Virus record (IMG/VR): IMGVR_UViG_3300011336_000294
Coordinates: 1 to 31,870 of that record
Direction: 5' to 3' (one strand)
DNA length: 31,870 nucleotides
From: a virus
Lineage: Duplodnaviria; Caudoviricetes
Position numbers and translations under genes: made by a program. Shown here piece by piece: positions 1 through 9,715 of the stretch. Within the stretch, counting starts at the first letter, position 1; the number at the start of each line of letters is the position of its first letter. Below the pieces are notes generated by a model that saw only the letters and a list, made by a program, of their open reading frames with translations, was not told the DNA's origin and did no database searches.

Positions 1-75
1 TTTGGTGAAATCAACAGACAGAGGGCCGAAACGGACAACTGTAAGATTGTTAGGAGTGCGTTTAGGTACGGACAT
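1..75 (-). CDS. 5' end of a probable virion gene downstream of the capsid genes (runs off the window)
   Basis: ATG at 75, open to the window edge (MSVPKRTPNNLTVVRFGPLSVDFTK); follows the 107-aa gene on the same strand. Confidence 0.55.
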   Translation of the reverse strand, partial: MSVPKRTPNNLTVVRFGPLSVDFTK

Positions 76-94
76 ATTTTTGTTTTGTTAATTA

Positions 95-418
95 TTAATA
101 AGAACCAGGGACATTATACACAACATTATTGAGTGTATAAGCAACGTGGGCGGTTCCAACCTGAGAAGCAACGATGATCTCTTGATAAAGAGGGCCGCTA
201 CCATTAAGGCTGATTGCACCAGTAATAGAATCACCATTGATCGTAATTGTTGCACCAGCAGGGCCAGAAATCGACCAAGTGATAGCACTTGTAGGAATCG
301 AAATGCTAGTACCAGCAGGGATTGATTCAATGTATGTAGTCAACGGTTGCCCAGACCCTGCGTATAGCAGGGCTGGGGCGTTGAGAACAGCCGATGGAGG
401 GTAATTAGATGGGTTCAT
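95..418 (-). CDS. Small beta-rich protein, possible capsid decoration/cement protein
   Basis: 107 aa, S/T/G/I-rich, directly after the putative major capsid gene; function inferred from position only. Confidence 0.5.
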   Translation of the reverse strand: MNPSNYPPSAVLNAPALLYAGSGQPLTTYIESIPAGTSISIPTSAITWSISGPAGATITINGDSITGAISLNGSGPLYQEIIVASQVGTAHVAYTLNNVVYNVPGSY

Positions 419-438
419 CGAATTGTTCGTTTATCCGA

Positions 439-1848
439 TTAGATCGGCTGGCTAACCACACTGGAGCAAACGTAGCAATCTGGGGTGTATTGCGGCGTAT
501 AGTTCGGGGTGAGGTTGCAAGGAGCAGGGATGATCAAACGGCTTGTGTTGAGCCTGTGAAGGATCGAATGCATAAGCGTTGGATCTTGGAACTGCATACC
601 CATACGGAACTGGTTCCAGAAGAAACCTTGGTCACGCTTGATGTTGCATTCCCAATCTGGATTCTTCCACTCCCAATCACCAGCATAGTTCTGGGTCATT
701 CCTTGAGCCTCACCAAGTCCACTCTGGGAAGGGCTGATCCACTTGATCATTGCCTTGTTTACCCAAGGGTTAGTGATACCAAAGTCTGCATTGGCAAACG
801 CTGGATTCTGGACGTATTTGCAACCAAGCTCCGTGGTAACGGGGTAGTATGGAAGAACACGAACCAGACGAGGCCAAGTCGTAGGATCATTGACGCTGAA
901 AGTTGGAAGAGACGCATTGTACGTCCAATCAACCGACAAGCGAACACCATTGATGTCGTTACAGAAGGCATAGTTACCGATGACACGATCAATACCAAGA
1001 GAGTATTGGAGTTGCTTGTCATCAAAGTCACTAACGCTCTCCCACCATCCACCAGACTGCTTGGCATACTGCCAGAGTTGACGAAGGACACGAGCATCAG
1101 GGACGATCACCTCAAGGAGAGGGCGACCAGCGGCCTCGCTAACGTCGAGACGATAAGCATCATCCTCACGCTGGAGGTTGATAAGAATATCATCAAGCGT
1201 ATCAAGCGAGAGAAGACCAATGTTATCAAGCTGTGAGGCAGGGAGCTTAACATAGACATAGCCCATGTTGTAGCTACCCTCGTTCGTGCCTTCAAAAGGC
1301 TGAACGATGAACATCTGATCGTCTTCAGCAACACAAGAGACAAGGCTCTGACCATCGCTGATTGGAACCCACTTGTGACCAGCACCACCGATCCAGTTGG
1401 AACGTGCGAACTCCTCATGGACGTTCTTGGTGATGTTGACATTGGTTGCCATGATGTGATCCATCTCCTCTTGTGGGAAGAGACGATACATGAAATCGGT
1501 AAGCTGATACCAATCGGTACGCATTGCCTTGGTGAAAAGGCTGAAGCTGTAGCTCTCGGTTCCAGGGTGAGCAATCGTCTCAAACTGGAAATCGTCTGCG
1601 TTCTGAACGCAACGACCAGACTGAACCTCTTGCCAAGGCTGATCAGGGTTATACCATCCACGACCAAAGCGGAAAGCCTTCATGGTCGGGAGAGTGTTCA
1701 AAGGCCAAGTCTCGGTTTCAAGACGACCATAGTAGATGCTGTTAATCGCCATCTTCTTGATGAAGAAGGGATTGTAGTACGTCCTAGCCTCACGGAACAG
1801 AGTGTCCACGTCTTGGCAGGATGAGAATGTAATTCCATTCTGTGCCAT
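439..1848 (-). CDS. Putative major capsid protein
   Basis: 469 aa; portal-scaffold-capsid gene order; long structured leader; no diagnostic motif recognised. Confidence 0.7.
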   Translation of the reverse strand: MAQNGITFSSCQDVDTLFREARTYYNPFFIKKMAINSIYYGRLETETWPLNTLPTMKAFRFGRGWYNPDQPWQEVQSGRCVQNADDFQFETIAHPGTESYSFSLFTKAMRTDWYQLTDFMYRLFPQEEMDHIMATNVNITKNVHEEFARSNWIGGAGHKWVPISDGQSLVSCVAEDDQMFIVQPFEGTNEGSYNMGYVYVKLPASQLDNIGLLSLDTLDDILINLQREDDAYRLDVSEAAGRPLLEVIVPDARVLRQLWQYAKQSGGWWESVSDFDDKQLQYSLGIDRVIGNYAFCNDINGVRLSVDWTYNASLPTFSVNDPTTWPRLVRVLPYYPVTTELGCKYVQNPAFANADFGITNPWVNKAMIKWISPSQSGLGEAQGMTQNYAGDWEWKNPDWECNIKRDQGFFWNQFRMGMQFQDPTLMHSILHRLNTSRLIIPAPCNLTPNYTPQYTPDCYVCSSVVSQPI

Positions 1849-2083
1849 AATATTTTAAGTTTTGGGTTTGTTTTGTATCCCAAAAGGAATCGCTCCCCTT
1901 GGAACACGTTTATTGTGTTTTAGGTTTGCGATCTGGCAACCATCGCTGTTGCTTTAACCACCCCACTATTCTCCAGCTTGGCAATCTGCTTATTATTTAA
2001 TGTGGGTCGCTATCCCACTCATTGCTTCTACCGAGAACAGTCGGCTAGTTAAACCAACTAATCCAGAGTTTTACTGACAACGA

Positions 2084-2106
2084 ACTATTAGGGGTTTCCT
2101 AATAGT
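2084..2106. promoter_or_regulatory. Perfect 9-bp hairpin between scaffold and capsid genes (terminator, processing site or operator)
   Basis: ACTATTAGG-ggttt-CCTAATAGT; a minus-strand TTGACG lies just outside it. Confidence 0.45.
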
Positions 2107-2122
2107 CCGTCAACATATTTAT

Positions 2123-3448
2123 TTATCTATTACGAAATTTTGCAAACAAACTAGCAGGAGTACGTTCCTCTGCTTCATTTGCTTTTCCAGAAGATGAAGA
2201 TCCAATGTTGCCATCAGATGTTCCAGATCCACGCATTTTCTTAATAGTTTCATTAAGTTCAGAAACTTGTCTCTCAAGTGCAAATGTATAAGCCTTTTGC
2301 TTTTTATACTTTGCTCCCTGTTGAAGAACTCGTGTAATTGCTTCTGGAGAATAACTGCTATTCTCACGCAATGCGGCTTCAGCAATCATCTCATCTTCAG
2401 TTGTATCATCATCAATTTGCTGTGAAGAAATAATCTTTGCTACTTCTTCTGGATACTTAACGGCATCATCCATAGCTTGTTTTGCTGATAGATAAGCATC
2501 TTGCCAACGCTTTCCAATTTGAGACTTACTTAGTGTAGCACGACGAGTTTTTTCCTCATCAAGTTGAGCTTTAGTTGACTGCCAATTGATTAAGGCATTA
2601 TTCCTAGCTTCAATTTTAGCCAAAACATCATAAGCTGTATTCTGGAACTTAGCCTGTTCCATCGGAGAAAGATTCTCGTAGATGGAATTAAGAGTCTGTT
2701 TGGATATTTCACTCTGCCTTGATTTCTCATTTGCATCTTGGGTTTGAAGTGACCTCTCATAAGCAGAAACAGCTTTCTCAAACTCCGTAAGAGCAATCTG
2801 ATCATCACCAACAATCATCTTTACTTGATTGTATCCATTAATAATTGGTGCATCGTAATCAGCTTTAAATCCCTCATCTGCTGGAAGATTCAACAAAGCG
2901 TTTGCTTGGCGAAGTCTTTCTAAATCAGTAGTCAATGCCTCTTCACGCTCTTGTTTGTCTTTAAGAGCTTGCTCTAGCTCTTTGCGGATGCTCTCAATTT
3001 CTTTCTTGCTTTTACTATCATCAAGATTTGAGCGAAGTTCTTGAATTTCTTTTTCGTACTCTGGAATCTTTTCTACACGAGCCTTTAATTCGGCGGCTTC
3101 TTTTGAAAGTTGCTCATTGGTTTGCTTCAAAGACTTGATGTATCCACCTTTCTTCTCATCATCAACAGAAGAGGCTTTAATATCTGGCTCTGGCCTATTC
3201 TCTTCAGCATCACGTTTGCTTTGCTTTTCCTCATCAATCTTATCTTGAAATTGAGAAGAGTCCTGGTTCAGTTTCTCTGCAATCTTTTTGAAAAGATCAG
3301 ACGGATTACCCTTTGGTGCTTCTTTAATATCTGCTTTAAAGAAGTTATCTGCTTGCTTTACAGCGGCATCCCTTGCGGCTTTGTCGGCAATAGATGCGGC
3401 GGTTAGATTAGGGTTTTGTGTTGGATCTGCTACAGCGGTTTCAGACAT
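2123..3448 (-). CDS. Putative capsid scaffolding protein
   Basis: 441 aa, charged coiled-coil character, short basic C-terminal tip (SLFAKFRNR), between portal and capsid. Confidence 0.65.
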   Translation of the reverse strand: MSETAVADPTQNPNLTAASIADKAARDAAVKQADNFFKADIKEAPKGNPSDLFKKIAEKLNQDSSQFQDKIDEEKQSKRDAEENRPEPDIKASSVDDEKKGGYIKSLKQTNEQLSKEAAELKARVEKIPEYEKEIQELRSNLDDSKSKKEIESIRKELEQALKDKQEREEALTTDLERLRQANALLNLPADEGFKADYDAPIINGYNQVKMIVGDDQIALTEFEKAVSAYERSLQTQDANEKSRQSEISKQTLNSIYENLSPMEQAKFQNTAYDVLAKIEARNNALINWQSTKAQLDEEKTRRATLSKSQIGKRWQDAYLSAKQAMDDAVKYPEEVAKIISSQQIDDDTTEDEMIAEAALRENSSYSPEAITRVLQQGAKYKKQKAYTFALERQVSELNETIKKMRGSGTSDGNIGSSSSGKANEAEERTPASLFAKFRNR

Positions 3449-3468
3449 ATTTGTGTGGTTGTTTGTGG

Positions 3469-3753
3469 TTACTTGCGGAGATTAAGTTCTTCTTCTGTCA
3501 AAACATCATTCATATCTGGATCAAATTCTAGATCATGCGTTACTGCTTTTGTTGAAGTAAGTTGTTTATTTTCTACCTCATTAAAAGAGTTTTCTTTTGC
3601 CTCTTCAGCGTAATCTTGCAATCTACGAAACACAGCAACAACAGTAGCGTGATCATGCTTAACAAGATCCTCGTATATTGCTGTTTTAAGTTCGCTGTAT
3701 CGTTTGTCGTTAATTACTGCGGCGGCTAGGTTTGATGTATTTATATCAGGCAT
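3469..3753 (-). CDS. Hypothetical protein between portal and scaffold
   Basis: 94-aa ORF overlapping the portal stop. Confidence 0.7.
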   Translation of the reverse strand: MPDINTSNLAAAVINDKRYSELKTAIYEDLVKHDHATVVAVFRRLQDYAEEAKENSFNEVENKQLTSTKAVTHDLEFDPDMNDVLTEEELNLRK

Positions 3754-6352
3754 TTTCTTGTCCTAATTGCTGGTTGCTTTGAATTACTGGTTCTTGAGGT
3801 TGCATTGGCATTTCTTGTACCATCATCTCTTGAGGTTGCATCTGCATCTCTTGACTGTTTTCTTTTTGCAGGATTGATGCATCATTTGCGGCTTTGGCTC
3901 TACGAATCTGAATCTCGTTAGCGGCCTTTGCCCTCTTGGTCGCAAGATCAGTTGCAGTTCTCTCCATTTGACTTGCCTCACGAAGTTGAGCCTTTGTTGC
4001 CAGTGACGCAAGTTTAATGTCTTCCTTCTTCTGAAGTGCATTGGTTTGAATTGCTTCTTTAGCAACCATTGCCTGTAGCTTCATCGTCTCTGGATCTTGC
4101 TGACCCTGCTGTTGACCCTGTTGCTCCATCTTAGCTTGAGCCATTTGACCAACTTGGCTACCAAGTTCATCAACTCCACGTTGCAGTTGTTGCATCTGTT
4201 GAGCAAATTCTTTAGCCATAGCCTTTTTGGAAGGATCTTTTTCAATGAATTGAAGATGGGCAATTAGATGTGGGCCTTTAAACCTCATTAGACAGGCGTA
4301 AATATCACGAAGAAGATTGAATGTTTCATCATCCACGGATGCTTCAGTCTGTTTGCTATTCCTTGCATTAGGATTGTTTCCTGTAGATTGAATAACTTGT
4401 TGAGCTTCCTGCATTGAAACCATTGCGTCTTGAATATGACCCTTAAAGTGTTCTACATGGTTTTGATCTGGGTACACCATGAAATTAGCGGTATTACCTC
4501 TTGGATCAGTCATGCCAATGTTCTCCATTGAGATAATTCCACGTTCATCTGGAATATCCACCTTGGTTTTCTGGAAGTAACGATTAACATTTTGCCTTCC
4601 ATTAAGTGCGGCAATTGCATCCGTGATAGCATTCGCTTGACCCTCGTTCATTGGAGTCATTCCAGTTAGTGAAACAGTTTGTTGAGCCGCCATCAGCTTG
4701 TAAGAAGGGCTACCAGAACCAGCAAGCATATTACTTTCAAGATTCTCAATGTTTTCCCACTTCCATGCTTCTTTTGGAACACCATTTTCTTCCATGAAGT
4801 CCATGAATTGCTCCTTGAGCTTATAGCCATTGCCACCTTTTGTGGTATTACTCATGCGTTTGTAGAGCAATCGCAACCAACGAGTCTGGTTATCGTTAAA
4901 CCTGCGAATTTGAGTACCTTGGAGTTTGGCAGATTCGGCGGCATCTAGTTCTGCCTCGCCTTTCGTCCTTTGCTTTCCACCCTTTGTGGTCTGACCAATG
5001 TTGTATGCACCGATTCCACGATACATATCTGCTTGGTAATACTGCATTCCTGCAAACAACTCATTGAGAGGCACACTAAGGCTTACTTGTGCTGGCTCAA
5101 CGTCTTGAGGGAGAATCATCCAAGGTTGCCACTCCATTTGTTTGAGCTTCTTGGTGGATTCGGCAGTTCCACCCTTCAGCATCAACCTGGTACTCCAATC
5201 CATTGCATCAAATGCACGATTCATGTGAATATCGTAAGCTCGGCATTGAATAAACACGGATTCAGCAAGCCCTTGGATCTCGTGCCAGATTCCACTTCCT
5301 GTAGAATCACACATTGGGGCGATAATATCAGCCCAACCATCTCCATCCTTCTCTACCCAATCTTTGCGGTAGTATAGGAATCCAGTTTGGTTACGATACT
5401 CTTCTTCTGTAAGGTCTTTGCGTCCATTTTCTTTGTAACCAAGGACAAGGCCACCATAATTCTGAAGAAGAAGCATCTTTGAAATACTTCCGTTGAACTC
5501 CATGATATAAAGCTCATAAAGCTCAATGCGAAGAGTATAAAGACGAGAAAGATTCAAGTTTCCACTAGCAACATCACGCAACCATTCGGTGTTTGTGTAA
5601 GTATTGCGATAGTTTGTATTGAACATCCTAAGTGCATCCACGCAAGCCCAGAAGTTCCAGCCCATATCGGTAGCATATGCCCTAGCCTTTTCTGGATCTT
5701 CTTCTCCTCCTGTAATTTTGAGCCAAAACTCAAGTGGGGTATAAGAACGCTTGATGCAAATCTCTCCTAAGTTTGTAAGATCAGCAAAAGTCTTGTCTGG
5801 TATTAGAACATTGGAGTTATGGAAGCTCTTGGTGGGCCACCCATCACGATCTTCTGCAATTTCAAATCCCTTTCCATAAAGAGTCATCTCTTCAACGTCT
5901 AGTTCCACGTTGTAGTTGTAGCTGTTCCACGCACGAAGCATTCGGTCAAACCCAATGCTAATAAGATCACTCCAATCTTTCTTTTCCGTAGGGTTTCCTA
6001 GCTTTGTAGTGATATTGGCGGCTGTATTTCGCTCCATCACCATGTCAACAAACGAAGATTTTTGGTTATCAACGATAAACTTCATTTGACGGAATGGCAC
6101 ATTGCTCATTCCAGAGAGTTGACGAGAGGCTACTTGGCTATAATCAGTTGGAGGGAATCCCTTGTAGCATTTGTAGATACGTCCCCACTTTCTTTCACGA
6201 CCAGCGTTATCTAGACGCAAGTTCCAACAAATAGTAAAGGCTGAGTTGGCATCTCTAACCCTGCTAGAAGGGGCAACGCCATTGGAATTAACGTTATTGA
6301 ATCCCCATGTAGAGACTCCTTCCGCTTCAATTGTTTTTTTAGATTTTGCCAT
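3746..6352 (-). CDS. Portal protein with long helical, Gln-rich C-terminus (P22-like architecture)
   Basis: 868 aa, upstream of scaffold/capsid; RTKGEAE segment resembles the portal T-A-T-E-type motif; coiled-coil/Q-rich tail. Confidence 0.75.
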   Translation of the reverse strand: MAKSKKTIEAEGVSTWGFNNVNSNGVAPSSRVRDANSAFTICWNLRLDNAGRERKWGRIYKCYKGFPPTDYSQVASRQLSGMSNVPFRQMKFIVDNQKSSFVDMVMERNTAANITTKLGNPTEKKDWSDLISIGFDRMLRAWNSYNYNVELDVEEMTLYGKGFEIAEDRDGWPTKSFHNSNVLIPDKTFADLTNLGEICIKRSYTPLEFWLKITGGEEDPEKARAYATDMGWNFWACVDALRMFNTNYRNTYTNTEWLRDVASGNLNLSRLYTLRIELYELYIMEFNGSISKMLLLQNYGGLVLGYKENGRKDLTEEEYRNQTGFLYYRKDWVEKDGDGWADIIAPMCDSTGSGIWHEIQGLAESVFIQCRAYDIHMNRAFDAMDWSTRLMLKGGTAESTKKLKQMEWQPWMILPQDVEPAQVSLSVPLNELFAGMQYYQADMYRGIGAYNIGQTTKGGKQRTKGEAELDAAESAKLQGTQIRRFNDNQTRWLRLLYKRMSNTTKGGNGYKLKEQFMDFMEENGVPKEAWKWENIENLESNMLAGSGSPSYKLMAAQQTVSLTGMTPMNEGQANAITDAIAALNGRQNVNRYFQKTKVDIPDERGIISMENIGMTDPRGNTANFMVYPDQNHVEHFKGHIQDAMVSMQEAQQVIQSTGNNPNARNSKQTEASVDDETFNLLRDIYACLMRFKGPHLIAHLQFIEKDPSKKAMAKEFAQQMQQLQRGVDELGSQVGQMAQAKMEQQGQQQGQQDPETMKLQAMVAKEAIQTNALQKKEDIKLASLATKAQLREASQMERTATDLATKRAKAANEIQIRRAKAANDASILQKENSQEMQMQPQEMMVQEMPMQPQEPVIQSNQQLGQENA

Positions 6353-6353
6353 T

Positions 6354-6743
6354 TTAGCCTAGTGCCTGATTCATTGCTTGTCTGCGTTTTTTGCAAGCAG
6401 AGCAACCTTTTGCGGTTTGTTCAAGGTTAGTATTAACCCCAAGACTTGCCGCAACACGATCTCCAAGATTAGCAAATGAATGAATTATATTTGCAACCTT
6501 GTCTCCTGCTTCTTGCCAGCAGTATTGACCAGGGAGTCTACCGCAAAGTTGTTGTTCGATCAAGTAAACTAAATTATCTGGAATAGAAACGTTGTTTACT
6601 TTCATGTCGCTTTCTACACGATTGGCAAACTGACTTCCAAAAGGTATGTCCATTCCATTAACACGATAGGTATTACCCTTATCGTCGCTATATTGATACC
6701 ATAGTCCACCTGGTATTGGGCCGTTGCGGTCTTTTAATCTCAT
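6354..6743 (-). CDS. Hypothetical protein with C-terminal CxxC (GCSACKKRR)
   Basis: 129-aa ORF ending 1 nt before the portal start. Confidence 0.7.
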   Translation of the reverse strand: MRLKDRNGPIPGGLWYQYSDDKGNTYRVNGMDIPFGSQFANRVESDMKVNNVSIPDNLVYLIEQQLCGRLPGQYCWQEAGDKVANIIHSFANLGDRVAASLGVNTNLEQTAKGCSACKKRRQAMNQALG

Positions 6744-6796
6744 AGGTTGCGTCTCTTACTTGCCTTCTTGTAGAAATTTTGTCAATCTTTTTACTA

Positions 6797-8722
6797 ATGA
6801 ATTACAAGGGATTGAGTTTAGAGCAACCACAGGACACTCCATATGGGCTTCAGTTCTTGGAAGGCTCACCGAAATTTGTTCGTGAACTAGTAGGGTATCG
6901 ACTTACTCGTGGAGAATTTGGTCGGCGTGAACGCATCAAGATGGGTATTAAAATGGATCAATGCGGATTGATTTCTCCTGCTCAACACATGATTAATGCC
7001 TTTCAATTGATTTATGGCAACGATGTATTGCTCCAATCGCAAGGAATACCCAACAATTACGCTTTAGACATCATTGATTTGTTCTGCAATGAGAACGATT
7101 GGGGTATTGCAGGGTGTGCATCTAGCGGAAAAACCTTTTCTGTTGCCGCTTGCATCGTTGTTGATTGGCTTTGTGCCCCAGATTACACCTCCACATACGT
7201 TGCTTCTACTTCCTTGGATGCATCGGAGGATCGTCTATGGGGTAAGGTATGCACCCTGTACCGAATTGCTATGAGAAACATTCAAGCGGCACATGGAAAG
7301 GATGCCTCCATTGGAAATCTTGTGGAATACAGGAGAATGATTGTGTTTGAGTCCATTGATACTCGTGATAGTGAACGAGACTACACAAACGCCATCAAAG
7401 CATTGGCTTTCCCCCGTGGTGGAGAAGGAAAGCGTTCAGTTGAGAACACAAGGGGTCGTAAGAACGCTAGGATGCGTCTATTTCTTGACGAGTTGGCTGA
7501 AATGGATCTCTACGCTCTGGATACTCGTGTCAACCTTGGAGCCAATCCTGACTTCATCTTTGGAGGAATGGCAAATCCTTCCAATACTGCCAACAATCCC
7601 CATACGGAACTCTGCCAACCAGACGATCCTATGGAATGGGACGCTGTAAACCGTTACACAAAAAAATGGAAGACCAGAACAGGGGTAGCATTGCACCTTT
7701 CTGGTGAAGATAGTCCAAACTTCCAAGTTCCAGATGCAGAAATCCCACCTTTTGATCGGTTTTTAACCCTAGAAGGCGAGGCCGCTACCCTTAAACGATG
7801 CTATGGCAACAAGAATGCCCTAGAATATTGGCGAAATGTTTACGGATGGTGGCCTGATTCATCTGTAGAGCTTACAATCTTCTCAAAGCAGTTCATTCAA
7901 GCGTGTGATATTGGTTGGCAACCAGTATGGAGTGACAAAACTCAGGTTGTTTGTGGCTTTGATCCTGCATTTACGGCTGGAGGAGATAGATGTGCGGCAT
8001 CTTTTTGCCGATTTGGGCCGAATGATGCTGGCAGAAGCCTTGGATACTACCTCGGAACCAGAGAATACAGCAGTTCTGTAGGTGAAGTCTTTGAAGAAAG
8101 TATCGCAATCCAAGTTGTTCGTGATTGTTTGGAGTACGGAATCCATCCTAGAAACTTTGGATTGGATATATCTGGTGATGGAGGAAAGATGATGAGGGCA
8201 ATCATCATCGAATGGAGCAAGTTCCATCCAGAGGCTATGTTCATATTCCCCATATCATCTATGGGTATGCCTACGGATAGGAAGATTTCAAACCTTGATA
8301 GAAGGACTTGCAAAGAAGCCTATGATCGTTTGGTTACGGAGTATTGGTTTGCCGTCCATACTGCAATGTCTACCAGATCACTTGTTGGCATTGATCTTGA
8401 TTCTCACTCGCAAGTCATCAGTGAGTTGTGTTCTAGGTTGTACCAGCACAAGGGAAGGAAGGTTTCCGTTGAGAAAAAATCGGAGATGAAGCAACGCATT
8501 AAGAAGTCTCCCGATTTGGCTGATTCCTTGACCTATGCCGTAGAGATGCTCCGCAGGGCTGGACTAGAATTTACTTTTGCTGAAGAAACAGAATCCTTGG
8601 ACATCCAAGAGATCCGTGATTGGGAACGTCATCTAATCCGTGATCGTGACAAGGATGAAGATGGCATGGATGGTGAAGACATGAGCTATGCAGGAACATC
8701 TTTTGACGAAGATGGATTTTAA
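6797..8722 (+). CDS. terL: Terminase large subunit
   Basis: Walker A GCASSGKT, Walker B LFLDE, coupling motif MANP, RNase H-like GFDPA and C-terminal KSPDLADS; ATG at 6797 preferred over TTG 6779. Confidence 0.9.
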   Translation: MNYKGLSLEQPQDTPYGLQFLEGSPKFVRELVGYRLTRGEFGRRERIKMGIKMDQCGLISPAQHMINAFQLIYGNDVLLQSQGIPNNYALDIIDLFCNENDWGIAGCASSGKTFSVAACIVVDWLCAPDYTSTYVASTSLDASEDRLWGKVCTLYRIAMRNIQAAHGKDASIGNLVEYRRMIVFESIDTRDSERDYTNAIKALAFPRGGEGKRSVENTRGRKNARMRLFLDELAEMDLYALDTRVNLGANPDFIFGGMANPSNTANNPHTELCQPDDPMEWDAVNRYTKKWKTRTGVALHLSGEDSPNFQVPDAEIPPFDRFLTLEGEAATLKRCYGNKNALEYWRNVYGWWPDSSVELTIFSKQFIQACDIGWQPVWSDKTQVVCGFDPAFTAGGDRCAASFCRFGPNDAGRSLGYYLGTREYSSSVGEVFEESIAIQVVRDCLEYGIHPRNFGLDISGDGGKMMRAIIIEWSKFHPEAMFIFPISSMGMPTDRKISNLDRRTCKEAYDRLVTEYWFAVHTAMSTRSLVGIDLDSHSQVISELCSRLYQHKGRKVSVEKKSEMKQRIKKSPDLADSLTYAVEMLRRAGLEFTFAEETESLDIQEIRDWERHLIRDRDKDEDGMDGEDMSYAGTSFDEDGF

Positions 8723-8725
8723 TCC

Positions 8726-8755
8726 TTGACCCTTGCGGAGATTGTGTGGGATATT
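8726..8755 (+). promoter_or_regulatory. Putative sigma70-type promoter
   Basis: TTGACC (8726-8731), 18 nt, TGn-GATATT (8750-8755), just upstream of two hairpins. Confidence 0.4.
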
Positions 8756-8762
8756 CGCCGCA

Positions 8763-8846
8763 TCTGAATGTGACAGCATTCTAGACACAACTTTCCTCAC
8801 AACAAAAGAAAGGGCCGTCGTACTGCTGTCACAGTCGGCGGCCCTT
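8763..8846 (+). ncRNA. Candidate structured RNA: two hairpins with complementary loops
   Basis: GAATG-TGACAG-CATTC and AAGGGCCGTCG(T)ACTG-CTGTCA-CAGT-CGGCGGCCCTT; loops are exact reverse complements; strand inferred from the promoter and a G-U pair. Confidence 0.5.
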
Positions 8847-9098
8847 GTCCGTTATAGCAAGTGAGGATGGGTGTGAATGCGTACCACATGATCCAATATC
8901 AAGGCTTTGAAGAACCAAAACTTCTTACCCTTGCGAAATGAAGAGAGGCATCCTGCTTGCAATTCTAATTCCCTTGGATTCGATGGAATTAAAATGGTGA
9001 GCAGTAGTTTCTTTTCTTTTCTGACAGGCTTTCCTACTGAGTGGTGGGGGGATCAGGGGGGTGTTTCCTTTACTCTTTGCTTTTCTTTAGCACAAGGG

Positions 9099-9126
9099 TT
9101 GACACTCTGTTCTTTCTAGACATACT
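9099..9126 (+). promoter_or_regulatory. Putative sigma70-type promoter
   Basis: TTGACA-N16-CATACT, 11 nt before ATG 9138. Confidence 0.45.
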
Positions 9127-9137
9127 CCCCTAAAAAT

Positions 9138-9332
9138 ATGGAAACAGTAATCATCTTACTCCATAAGGTCGTAGGTTTCATCTCATACATCAACGGCTAT
9201 TGTCCTGCTTGCTTCAACGAATTAAACTCTTGCCACTCCAATAGTTGCCATGTATGCAACGTCGGAGGTTGGATTAAACCAAACAACGTCTGGCAGAGAT
9301 TCAGCAAAACAACCACGCTAAAAAAATGCTAA
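9138..9332 (+). CDS. Small Cys-rich protein (CPAC...CHVC)
   Basis: 64-aa ORF with two CxxC pairs. Confidence 0.6.
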   Translation: METVIILLHKVVGFISYINGYCPACFNELNSCHSNSCHVCNVGGWIKPNNVWQRFSKTTTLKKC

Positions 9333-9715
9333 TCAAATCCATCATTCAATTTTTTGCAAATCCATTTCCAAAAGAAGAAGAGTCAATCGATCCAATTATG
9401 AATCCCAATCAAGACGCTTTTGATATTTGGTCTAAGGCTGGATCTGCTGGCATCAACAAGTACCTTGCAGGAAGCGAAGAACACAAAACTCAATTCTGGA
9501 CTGCTGGAGCAGGATGGTATGCAAAAAACTTAAAGGATGAACAACTTGATCTAATCAGCTACTTGCATCATCTTACAGAGCGAATCAAGTTATGCCAACT
9601 CCTGGCAAATATGATGAAGGATGAGGAAGTTTCTTTGAAAGATGCGGCAACGCTTCTAAACAACTTGGTATCAGATGCTCCTCCAAAGAAGCTACCCAAG
9701 ATTTCTAATGACTAA
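9326..9715 (+). CDS. Hypothetical protein, possibly all-alpha NTP pyrophosphatase (MazG-like) fold
   Basis: KY-x2-G ... DEQLDLISY acidic helix pattern; adjacent to a phosphoesterase. Confidence 0.45.
   Translation: MLIKSIIQFFANPFPKEEESIDPIMNPNQDAFDIWSKAGSAGINKYLAGSEEHKTQFWTAGAGWYAKNLKDEQLDLISYLHHLTERIKLCQLLANMMKDEEVSLKDAATLLNNLVSDAPPKKLPKISND

Noticed and set aside
409-1824. Long plus-strand ORFs (409-1236, 1375-1824) and off-frame ORFs over the capsid gene
   Set aside because: Shadows of a codon-biased gene; no motifs or start context.
8907-9119. 70-aa plus-strand ORF after the hairpin pair
   Set aside because: TTG start, low-complexity sequence and overlap with the next promoter; treated as non-coding.
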